NCBI GenBank assembly: GCA_049509455.1
Contig: JBEKZX010000003.1
Coordinates: forward strand, 1,099-65,098
Length of the DNA: 64,000 nucleotides
Direction of reading: 5' to 3'
Origin: Conexivisphaerales archaeon
GTDB lineage: Archaea; Thermoproteota; Nitrososphaeria; Conexivisphaerales; DTJL01
Below the pieces are notes generated by a model, which saw only the letters and a program-made list of their open reading frames with translations, did no database searches and was not told where the DNA came from. Below are positions 36,651-44,286 of the stretch, one piece after another. Made by a program: the position numbers and the translations under genes. Every line of letters starts with the position of its first letter. Position 1 is the first letter of the stretch.

Positions 36651-36670
36651 TGTTATAAGACTTTTTTTAC
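36651..36670. promoter_or_regulatory. Back-to-back TATA-like elements for divergent tRNA-Ile and tRNA-Ala
   Basis: TCTTATAACA (minus) lies about 35 nt from the tRNA-Ile 5' end. CTTTTTTTAC (plus) lies about 29 nt from the tRNA-Ala 5' end. Confidence 0.35.
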
Positions 36671-36694
36671 TCGTAACGCAGACCGTCTGGCGAT

Positions 36695-36766
36695 GGGCTG
36701 GTAGTTCAGTGGTAGAACGTCCGCCTTGCACGCGGAAAATCGTGGGTCCAATTCCCACCCAGTCCA
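36695..36766 (+). tRNA. tRNA-Ala(UGC)
   Basis: GGGCTGG-TA-GTTC-AGTGGTA-GAAC-G-TCCGC-CTTGCAC-GCGGA-AAATC-GTGGG-TCCAATT-CCCAC-CCAGTCC-A. It has the G3:U70 Ala identity pair and no encoded CCA. Confidence 0.9.
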
Positions 36767-36944
36767 TCCATCAAACCCAAGGAGCGTGTGGCTCGAGCTC
36801 TGTAAAGGGCCTGCTGCGTGCCTTGTCTCACATGGGCTGGCTACAGGTCCGACCTCTGAACCAGGGCGCTGGAGCGAAGCCTCGTCCTCCTAGCGGTAGT
36901 CATATGAACCAGCGCGGCAAGGAGGAGATAGGTCGAAGGAAAAT

Positions 36945-37643
36945 TTGCCGGAGAGGACGGAGAATGAAATCAAGCTGGCCGTCAGGAGGAGATATGCGGC
37001 TGCCAGCCAGGGAACGGCCTGCTGCTGTGGGGACGCTACAATGGGCGGACCGCAGGGATTGGACGTGCTGTCCCTCGGCTGCGGGTCTCCTGTAAAGTTC
37101 GCTGACATCGAGCCAGGCATGACGGTCCTGGACTTGGGGAGCGGAGGGGGCGTCGACGCCTTCGCGGCCTCCAGGAGGATGTTCGGAGAGGGGAAGGTCT
37201 TGGGCGTAGATTCTACCCCGGAGATGGTGGTTCTGGCAAAAGAGACGGCCTCGAAGCGGGGCATGACCAACGTGGAATTCCGCCTCGGTGAGATCGAGGG
37301 CCTGCCCGTCGAAAGGGAGACCGTGGACGTCATCCTGAGCAATTGCGTCATCAATCTCGTCCCCGACAAGAAGAAGGCTTTCGGGGAGGCGTATCGCGTC
37401 CTCAAGCATGGCGGTTCCCTGACAATCTCGGACATAGTCGCCGAGAAGCCCCTCCCCGCCACCATAAGGGGGGATCTGGAGGAGAGGTGTGAATGCGAGG
37501 CGGGCTCTCTTACGAAAGAGGAACTTCGCACCCTCCTTTACGAAGCAGGCTTCGTGGACTTCAAAACCCTCGACGAGACCATGTGGGGGGAGGCAGGCGA
37601 TGTGAAGCTGGCTTCACTCACTTTCTCTGCAAGGAAGCCTTAG
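36945..37643 (+). CDS. arsM: Arsenite methyltransferase-like SAM-dependent methyltransferase
   Basis: N-terminal Cys cluster (ACCCG), SAM motif VLDLGSGGGVD, SNCVINLVPDK and HGGSLTISD are typical of ArsM/Cyt19. Confidence 0.7.
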   Translation: MPERTENEIKLAVRRRYAAASQGTACCCGDATMGGPQGLDVLSLGCGSPVKFADIEPGMTVLDLGSGGGVDAFAASRRMFGEGKVLGVDSTPEMVVLAKETASKRGMTNVEFRLGEIEGLPVERETVDVILSNCVINLVPDKKKAFGEAYRVLKHGGSLTISDIVAEKPLPATIRGDLEERCECEAGSLTKEELRTLLYEAGFVDFKTLDETMWGEAGDVKLASLTFSARKP

Positions 37644-37833
37644 GGAAGTATGAAGGGATTCAGCGGACGGCTATCTTCTCTGCTGGCACAATCGAGGGGC
37701 TTCTGTAAAAAGGTTCTCGCAGTCAGATGGTCTTAATCAAGTGGGAAGCCAGCTCTTCGTCAGAGCAGCCCCCTACCAAAGGCACGAAGCTGATAAAGAG
37801 GGTGACAATCCCCAAATGGAGGATGGAGACCGG

Positions 37834-38574
37834 TCAGCCTTTCTTTTGAGGAGGTTCAAGGTCCTCAATGAAATCCTCCACGACCTTGATGTCCTCTTCT
37901 ACGAACCCAGCCGCCAAGAGGGTGGCTCCTCTGTAAAACGATGACGGCGCCTGCTTTGTCACGTCGTCAGAGAGGAGTCCTATCCATAGGCCGAGGTGGT
38001 CGTTGAGGAAGCGATGCTGGAGTCGTAGGAGTTCCAGTGCCTTCCCTCGGTCGCACGATTTCGCTGCGGCGACGGTCTCGTTGGCGAGGTAAGACATGAA
38101 CTGCAGCTCCACGGCCACGTGGTCGTCGGGTTCGCCGAACTCCTTCGCCTTGTCCAAGCCCACCGATCGATATATCTCCATGACCTCCTCCCTTCTCTTC
38201 TGCTTAGCGTGGCTCCCTCCCTTTGCATAGGAGGATTCCGAAGGATGCGGGGCACGTGCCGACTTGCCGAGGAAGAGACGCGCGTACTGGTTGGACAGGT
38301 CCGACTTGACCTTTTCATGGCCAGCAGTGCGTGAGCGCTTTAGATAGGAATCGAGGCGAATGAGGCCGTCGTTGAGCCCTTTGTTGCCCAGCCCCTTCAG
38401 GGGGGAGAGCTGAGCAATGACTTCCTTGCCCTGCAGCTCCTTGACTATTTCTTCGGAAAGCTCCCTCTCGAATATCCTCGACAGGAATGAATAGAGTGAC
38501 CGTCGGCTGGCGGAGACGGCGTTAAGGTCTTCGAAGATGTCGCCTGCCAATGTGGATCTGCCTGCCAACATCAT
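37834..38574 (-). CDS. TorD/DmsD/NarJ-family redox-enzyme maturation chaperone-like protein
   Basis: YARLFLG, PHPSESSY and EPDDHVAVELQFMSYL match hallmark TorD-family motifs. Confidence 0.6.
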   Translation of the reverse strand: MMLAGRSTLAGDIFEDLNAVSASRRSLYSFLSRIFERELSEEIVKELQGKEVIAQLSPLKGLGNKGLNDGLIRLDSYLKRSRTAGHEKVKSDLSNQYARLFLGKSARAPHPSESSYAKGGSHAKQKRREEVMEIYRSVGLDKAKEFGEPDDHVAVELQFMSYLANETVAAAKSCDRGKALELLRLQHRFLNDHLGLWIGLLSDDVTKQAPSSFYRGATLLAAGFVEEDIKVVEDFIEDLEPPQKKG

Positions 38575-38646
38575 AAGGCAGAACTCACCTTATAAAAGGC
38601 TTGAAAATTCGCGAGAATGTTTCTTTGGCGGAAGTGTCTCCACCAA

Positions 38647-40215
38647 TCAGGCTAGCGCCGAGGTCCGCTTGCAGTCCTGACAGAGATACACCGATTCTGC
38701 GAGCGCCGGGGGGCCCTGCCGGGCCAGTTGGTCATGCAGCTTCTTCAGGCCCAGATTAGAGCCGATCTCCCTCCCGCACCTCCTGCAATGCTCCTCCGTG
38801 CCCCTGGCCTTAACGAAGGAGCTCGCTGAATCGAGCCAAGCACGCGCGAAGGTCTTGGAGATCGCCATGGCGTCTTCCGGGCACTCTTTCACGCATATTC
38901 CGCAGCCCGTGCATCGGCTTACATTGAGACGGAGCTCCAGTGATGCTCCCTCCGACTTCAGTTTGAAGGCCCCGACGGGGCAGACGATAGAGCAGGTTCC
39001 GCATAGCGTGCAATTATCGTTGACGATCACGTCGAAGGAGTTGAGGCTCGACGACTGGACCCTTGAGCTCGAGAGAATGGCCAGAGGGATGGAGAGCATG
39101 GCGTCGTGCTTCGGGCCCGACGGCGTGGCGTCCATCCCCAGCGGCCTCACGGCTCTCCTTGCCGACTCGGCGCAGATGTCGGAGATCGAATCCGAGCTCT
39201 GAAGCGTGATGTGACCGACCAGCGTCCTGAAGCTGCCCTGGAGGCTCTCCAGAGCTGCGCGGGCTGCTTCTTCAGCTTGGGCCACCTCATGATGGGCCGC
39301 GCATTGACTTGCGGGGCACAAGCTCAGCACGGGAATATTGGCGGCCGCGGCCCACATATAATGCGACCAGCCCACCGCCGCGGCGCTGGGCGCCCGAACC
39401 ACGACCATCCCTTCCTGTAGGCCCTTCCCTGAGACCGACTCGTCCTCCAGCTGGGATATCCCGGTGTCGCAGGTGAAAACGAGCAGGGGGTTCTCAAAAC
39501 GGGCGGACCACGCACCGAACTCGTGTAGGAGGGCCCGATACTCGTCGTCGCTAAAGACGGGCGACTGGAGGGCGCCAGTAGGGCAGGCAGCGGAGCAGGC
39601 GCCGCAGTGGATGCAGTTAGCGGAGTCTATCTGGGCTACAGGACCCTCATGGGCAATCGCGGAGTACAGACATGCGTCGCTGCAGAAGCGGCAGGTCCTA
39701 TGGAACGGAGAACAGCGGTCCGCGACCATGACCGGATCTTCAAGAGGTTCCTCTAGGAGCCTAGGCAGCGAAAAGATGAACTCCCTCCTTTTCACGCGGG
39801 CGTCCGGAGAGAGCCTCTTCTTGGCTCGAGATGCGAACCTCGCCGCGGCGGCCTTCTTTGCGTGGGCGGCGACCGCCAGCGCCCAGGTCTCTCCCATCGT
39901 TCCATCCTCCATCCGCTGGTAAACGCTCAGGGGAACGGATTGGACGGCGAACCGGGGCAGGCCGGCTGATTCGGCGGCCTCAGCGATGGCCAAAAGCGAA
40001 CTCCTTCCGCCGGCGCCGGCGACGACCAGCGAAGCGATCTTGGAGCTCCAGACGAAATCATGGAGCAGCTCCTGACATTGGTGCCCACTTGGCAGCGAGA
40101 GAAGTGGGAGCCCGCCTGATGCCGCTATCTTCTCCTTCATGATGGCGAAGTCCTTCGCATGCTCCCGGGAATCTTCGCAGACGGCGACGCCGCAGGCCGA
40201 CAAAGCAACCTTCAA
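38647..40215 (-). CDS. Multi-[4Fe-4S] ferredoxin-domain protein with internally repeated N-terminal modules and C-terminal zinc-ribbon
   Basis: Three CxxCxxCxxxCP motifs (CIHCGACSAACP, CTLCGTCSIVCP, CTGCGICVKECP), plus CRFCSDAC and the terminal CRRCG...CQDCK. Confidence 0.65.
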   Translation of the reverse strand: MKVALSACGVAVCEDSREHAKDFAIMKEKIAASGGLPLLSLPSGHQCQELLHDFVWSSKIASLVVAGAGGRSSLLAIAEAAESAGLPRFAVQSVPLSVYQRMEDGTMGETWALAVAAHAKKAAAARFASRAKKRLSPDARVKRREFIFSLPRLLEEPLEDPVMVADRCSPFHRTCRFCSDACLYSAIAHEGPVAQIDSANCIHCGACSAACPTGALQSPVFSDDEYRALLHEFGAWSARFENPLLVFTCDTGISQLEDESVSGKGLQEGMVVVRAPSAAAVGWSHYMWAAAANIPVLSLCPASQCAAHHEVAQAEEAARAALESLQGSFRTLVGHITLQSSDSISDICAESARRAVRPLGMDATPSGPKHDAMLSIPLAILSSSRVQSSSLNSFDVIVNDNCTLCGTCSIVCPVGAFKLKSEGASLELRLNVSRCTGCGICVKECPEDAMAISKTFARAWLDSASSFVKARGTEEHCRRCGREIGSNLGLKKLHDQLARQGPPALAESVYLCQDCKRTSALA

Positions 40216-40348
40216 AGTCCGTCCGTTCCCTAATTACTCTTTCTCCGTCCAATCGGGCGTCCCACGACCATGACTGCTCGGAAGGCCGCGGCAGGTTCAG
40301 TCATGAAGCACATAGACCTTAAATAAACGACATAAAGCATTATGTGAG

Positions 40349-40882
40349 TTGCAGCCTTCAAGGCCTGAGGACCTGAAACGGTACATACGCGACCTTCCAG
40401 ATTATCCCGTCAAGGGCGTCATCTTTAGGGACCTGACCCCGCTCTTCAAGGACGAGAAGACATTCCGCTGGGCGATATCGCGGCTGGCGGGCTTCTACGC
40501 GAGGACCAAGGTGGACCTCGTCGCCGCGGTCGAAGCGAGAGGCTTCATTGTGGGAGCGCCTCTGGCTCTTAAGCTCGGGGTGGGGTTCGTGCCCCTGAGG
40601 AAGCCGGGGAAGCTGCCATGGAAAAAAAGGAAGGTCACCTATCAACTGGAGTATGCGCAGGAGTCCATAGAGATACACGAAGACGCGGTCACCAAGGGCC
40701 AGCGAGTCCTCCTGGTGGACGACCTCCTAGCTACCGGCGGGACGGCTTCGGCCGCAGCCAAGCTCGTCGAGCAGTTGGGGGGGGAGATAGTGGGGATGGC
40801 ATTCATTGTCGAACTCTCCTATCTTAAGGGTAGGGACAAGCTGAAGGGCTACGACGTGAAGTCGCTCCTGGTGTACGAGTGA
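40349..40882 (+). CDS. apt: Adenine phosphoribosyltransferase
   Basis: IRDLPDYPVKGVIFRDLTPL and the PRPP loop VLLVDDLLATGGT. The start codon is TTG. Confidence 0.9.
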   Translation: MQPSRPEDLKRYIRDLPDYPVKGVIFRDLTPLFKDEKTFRWAISRLAGFYARTKVDLVAAVEARGFIVGAPLALKLGVGFVPLRKPGKLPWKKRKVTYQLEYAQESIEIHEDAVTKGQRVLLVDDLLATGGTASAAAKLVEQLGGEIVGMAFIVELSYLKGRDKLKGYDVKSLLVYE

Positions 40883-40889
40883 GCATCCT

Positions 40890-41561
40890 TCAGAGCTCTT
40901 CCGCGGAGTTGCCTTTTATCCTGTAGATGGAGACGTCGGGGAAGTTGAAGAGCCCCACCTCCACCACACCTGGGTAGACCTTTACTTTCTTCTCTAGGGC
41001 CTCTGCGTCGGGAATCGACCCGAAACTGACGTCAAGTATCATGTTACCTCTCTCGGTGAGCAGAGGGAATCCCCTTTCAAGAAGTCTGAGGGTCGCCTTT
41101 CCCCCACTCAGGGTCAGCCTCCTGCTGACCAGTTCCACGGCGGCAGGCACGACCTCGACGGGGACAGGCATGCTGAGGTTCTTGACGAACTTCTCGACCC
41201 CCGCGATCACGAAGATGGACTTCGCGGCCTCCCACAGGATTTTCTCATTCAGCAGAGCCCCCCCTCCACCTTTTATTATGCGCCTTCTGGAATCTATCTG
41301 ATCGGCGCCGTCCACCATCGTATCGACCTCCCTTATGAATTCGATCGAGCCAATCTTGAGCCTGGCCTTGGCTGCGACGAGCTGTATCTGCATGGAGGAG
41401 GGATAAACGGTCAGCCTGCGGGCGATAGAGTCGTCCCCTTCCAGGGCGCGGACGAAGTCGGCGGCGGCTCGGCCGCTCCCCAGGCCCAGGGAGGAAGTGG
41501 ATTCCAGTTGCTTCCTGAGCCTGATCATTTGATCCAGATGAATGATCACGGGATCACGCAC
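40890..41561 (-). CDS. rpiA: Ribose-5-phosphate isomerase A
   Basis: GLGSGRAA, VDGADQID and KGGGGALLNEKI motifs. Confidence 0.9.
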   Translation of the reverse strand: MRDPVIIHLDQMIRLRKQLESTSSLGLGSGRAAADFVRALEGDDSIARRLTVYPSSMQIQLVAAKARLKIGSIEFIREVDTMVDGADQIDSRRRIIKGGGGALLNEKILWEAAKSIFVIAGVEKFVKNLSMPVPVEVVPAAVELVSRRLTLSGGKATLRLLERGFPLLTERGNMILDVSFGSIPDAEALEKKVKVYPGVVEVGLFNFPDVSIYRIKGNSAEEL

Positions 41562-42224
41562 CTACTGCTCCATGTCCATCTGCTCGAGCTTGGCCATGGC
41601 TTCGCTTATGTCGTCCACAACCTTCTTCAGTTTCTCGTCCATCATGGGTACCTTCTCCTTCTTCGCCTCGACGGGCTTCTCCTTCCTTTCCTCCTTCAAC
41701 GGTTCCAGCGCCTTCTCCAGTGGAGGGAGGTCGGCACCGACCCTAATCTTCAGGTCCTTGAGCCTGGAATCGATCTGGGCTACCTTGACGTTCACCAGGG
41801 AAAGCAGCTCCTCCCTCGCGTTCTCTAGATCCGACACTTCGACCACTGTCTGAGCCTTGGAGAGCCTCTCGTCTATTCCCTGGAGGTCTCCCCGGTACTT
41901 CTGCGAAAGGTATTGCATTTCGTCCTTGGTAATCCTCCCCTGCACCTCTGCCTCGTACACCCTCGTCAGGGCTCCGCTCAGGTACTCCTTCTCCATCTTG
42001 AGAAGGCGCACTTCCCTCTTGGCGCTTTCGAGCTCGGTAGTGGTGGGACCGCGAAGGAGGACGTGCTCCGCCGACTCCGTAACGGGTGAAGATTCGAGCT
42101 TGGGCGTTGGGACTCGGGTTGACTTAGCACGACGAGTGTAGGCGTAGACTGCCCCGGCTGCAACACCAAAGGCTGCTCCGAAGGCCACGCCCTCGATGAT
42201 GAGGGCGATATAATCTACACTCAA
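41562..42224 (-). CDS. Hypothetical N-terminally anchored coiled-coil protein
   Basis: One N-terminal TM (IALIIEGVAFGAAFGVAAGAVYAY) followed by about 180 aa of heptad-like charged sequence. Its stop abuts the rpiA start with no gap. Confidence 0.5.
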   Translation of the reverse strand: MSVDYIALIIEGVAFGAAFGVAAGAVYAYTRRAKSTRVPTPKLESSPVTESAEHVLLRGPTTTELESAKREVRLLKMEKEYLSGALTRVYEAEVQGRITKDEMQYLSQKYRGDLQGIDERLSKAQTVVEVSDLENAREELLSLVNVKVAQIDSRLKDLKIRVGADLPPLEKALEPLKEERKEKPVEAKKEKVPMMDEKLKKVVDDISEAMAKLEQMDMEQ

Positions 42225-42294
42225 AGAAGCCTTTCCTTCTACGCTTGAAGCTATAAACTTCCCGTTAGTTAAGCGTATGCTTCAAGAGACATAA

Positions 42295-42462
42295 TCAATC
42301 GAGGCGTTTTGCCCAGCTGTACGAGCGGAGCTTGGGCGATGCGCCGAACCCACAGGCGGAGCATTTCTTGGAGTGAATGTTGTAGGTGGCCTTCCCGCAG
42401 CGGCGACAGACTCTGTGAGTCTTATGCTTACTGTGCTTCCCTGCCGACGGAGTTCCCTTCAA
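42295..42462 (-). CDS. rpl37e: 50S ribosomal protein L37e (eL37), 55 aa, TTG start
   Basis: Hand translation gives (M)KGTPSAGKHSKHKTHRVCRRCGKATYNIHSKKCSACGFGASPKLRSYSWAKRLD. It has the CxxC...CxxC zinc ribbon and the conserved Sm-L37e pairing. It is not in the ORF track. Confidence 0.88.
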   Translation of the reverse strand: MKGTPSAGKHSKHKTHRVCRRCGKATYNIHSKKCSACGFGASPKLRSYSWAKRLD

Positions 42463-42483
42463 CTGTGATCATCGACCTTTGGT

Positions 42484-42717
42484 TCAGCCGAGTGGAGGAG
42501 GAGAAATCAGGACGACATTGTCGCCCCTGACCACGATTGTTCCGAGGGAGTTGGGCTTCCCTTCAGCGAGCATCTCTTCGGATCCCTCCAAGATCAAATT
42601 CATGTGCTGGTCGAATCCTTGCAAGGATCCCCTAATGACCTTGCCGCCCTTGAGCTTGATCAGGACAGTCTTGCCGATGCTTTCGTTCAATACCTTAAAT
42701 GTCATGTCAGCGGCCAA
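42484..42717 (-). CDS. Sm-like archaeal protein (SmAP/LSm)
   Basis: Sm1/Sm2 motifs: VLIKLKGGKVIRGSLQGFDQHMNLIL...IVVRGDNVVLISP. Confidence 0.93.
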   Translation of the reverse strand: MAADMTFKVLNESIGKTVLIKLKGGKVIRGSLQGFDQHMNLILEGSEEMLAEGKPNSLGTIVVRGDNVVLISPPPLG

Positions 42718-42757
42718 TTCTCATTCCTCTCCTCGCTGTCGAGGGGGAGTCAATGCC

Positions 42758-42770
42758 CATATATTTAAAT
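42758..42770 (+). promoter_or_regulatory. Putative TATA box for the PUA-domain gene
   Basis: CATATATTTAAAT lies about 36 nt upstream of the in-frame TTG at 42800. Confidence 0.35.
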
Positions 42771-42799
42771 TTGCAACGGTGTCCTTTGCCCTCAAGCCC

Positions 42800-43303
42800 T
42801 TGAAGATACAGTTCTATTCCAAGCGCGAATTGAAGGACATGGACGACGCCCTGAGGACGCAATGGAAGAACACCGCCGTCCCCGAGCTGGGACTCGAAAG
42901 GAAGGGATTCGTCGAGGAAGGCCTCTACGTTGCCCTAGGGACGAGAACGATGGTGGATAACAGGGGCGTGTTCGTCCCGTTCCTCGGCGACGAGGAGCTG
43001 CTGAAGGCCTTTCCGAAGGTTACGGTAGACATGGGTGCGGTCAAGTTCCTCACCAACGGCGCCAACGTGATGAGGCCGGGGATAAGGTCGTTCCTGGCCC
43101 CCTTCCAGAAGGGAGACGTCGTGGTCGTGGTCGACGAGAAGCATGGCAAGGCGTTGGCCGTGGGCACGGCGTTGGTGGACAGCGCAGAAGGCGAGAAGAT
43201 GAGTAAGGGCGCGGTGGTCAAGAATATCCACTATGTCGGCGATAAGTTCTGGAATGCCGTCAAGGAGCTGAACGCCGAGGCCTCAGAGAGGTCGCAAAGC
43301 TGA
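42800..43303 (+). CDS. PUA-domain RNA-binding protein (MCT-1/Tma20-like)
   Basis: The C-terminal PUA pattern VTVDMGAVKFLTNGANVMRPGI...GDVVVVVDEKHGKALAVG is present. The start is uncertain (TTG 42800, GTG 42779 or ATG 42839). The 5' 300 nt of the listed ORF is antisense to the Sm gene. Confidence 0.65.
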   Translation: MKIQFYSKRELKDMDDALRTQWKNTAVPELGLERKGFVEEGLYVALGTRTMVDNRGVFVPFLGDEELLKAFPKVTVDMGAVKFLTNGANVMRPGIRSFLAPFQKGDVVVVVDEKHGKALAVGTALVDSAEGEKMSKGAVVKNIHYVGDKFWNAVKELNAEASERSQS

Positions 43304-43829
43304 ACAGCTTCCTCCCGGCCTCGCTCTTGATCTGTGCGTCGGCGGTCCTCCAGAACTCTTCGAGGACCTCTCTCCTTGTCCCCTCTCTTTCATATGTGGA
43401 GGCCTGCATCACCATCTCCAGCTTGTCCAGGTCCTTGACCAGCTTCGCCTCGGAGCTGGACCCGCGGTTGAACTCGTCAAAGGATGCCATGTAGGACTTC
43501 CTGAGTGGCTCGGGGAGCGAATGTAGGAGCCCTTCGAGGGCTTTCCTTTCCTTCTTCTTCTTCTGAGCGGGCTCCATCTCTCCCGGCTGGATGTCCCCTG
43601 TGACAGCCTCGCAGACGTCGTGGAGGAGGGCCATCTTCATCATCCTGTACGTGTCAAGTTTCAGCAAGTCGCCGACCATCATGACGGCCAGCGTCGTAGA
43701 GAAGATATGGTCCGCGACGGACTCCGGGTGGGCTATGCCCGCACGCCGCTTCCACCCCTCTCTGTTGACCTTCTTCACGACGGAACATCCCCTGAGCGCA
43801 ACGAGCATCCCCCAAAGGTCATCGTCCAA
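43260..43829 (-). CDS. HD-domain phosphohydrolase (YfbR-like 5'-nucleotidase family)
   Basis: HPESVADHIF...ALLHDVCEAVTGDI is an H...HD...D metal-binding pattern. The 3' end overlaps the convergent PUA gene by 44 nt. Confidence 0.65.
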   Translation of the reverse strand: MDDDLWGMLVALRGCSVVKKVNREGWKRRAGIAHPESVADHIFSTTLAVMMVGDLLKLDTYRMMKMALLHDVCEAVTGDIQPGEMEPAQKKKKERKALEGLLHSLPEPLRKSYMASFDEFNRGSSSEAKLVKDLDKLEMVMQASTYEREGTRREVLEEFWRTADAQIKSEAGRKLFSFATSLRPRRSAP

Positions 43830-43962
43830 GTGCGTCTACCGGCGTAACCGGGTCCCTCTACATATTTGAACCCGGCTGCGGCAAGCGCCCGTGGGCTACT
43901 GCTTTTTGGTAACAGGTTGAGAATAATTTACCTAGCTAGGTATTGAAGTCACCCGTTTATCA

Positions 43963-44280
43963 TTGTCCAGCCAAGTCAGTGAAAGGTCAATGAGTCAGGC
44001 TGCTGCCAAGACGCACGAAAAAGAGACGGTCACATATCTGAAAGCGTACCCCATCAAGAGCGCAGATGAGGTGCCGAAGGTCAAGGAGGACCTCCGCAAC
44101 GGAACCATCATCATCCTGAGGATAACTCCTTTAGCCAACAAGAGCATCGAGGAGCTCAAACAGGCTGTGGAGGAGCTCTACGCGTTCGCCACCGGCGTAG
44201 GCGGGGACATAGCGCGGCTGGGTGAGGAGAGAATCGTCATAACGCCTCCGAAAGTAAAGATTTGGCGGGCTCTGGGCTGA
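43963..44280 (+). CDS. sepF: SepF-like cell-division protein
   Basis: D...V...L..G.IIILRITPL......E.....L......VGGDIARLGE..I.ITPP.VKI fits the SepF/DUF552 pattern. An alternative ATG is at 43990. Confidence 0.6.
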   Translation: MSSQVSERSMSQAAAKTHEKETVTYLKAYPIKSADEVPKVKEDLRNGTIIILRITPLANKSIEELKQAVEELYAFATGVGGDIARLGEERIVITPPKVKIWRALG

Positions 44281-44286
44281 AGCCAT

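Noticed and set aside
42479-42799. N-terminal 100 codons of the listed 274-aa ORF 42479..43303.
   Set aside because: This part is antisense to the Sm gene and upstream of a TATA-like box. Only the C-terminal ~165 aa (pre-PUA plus PUA) look real.
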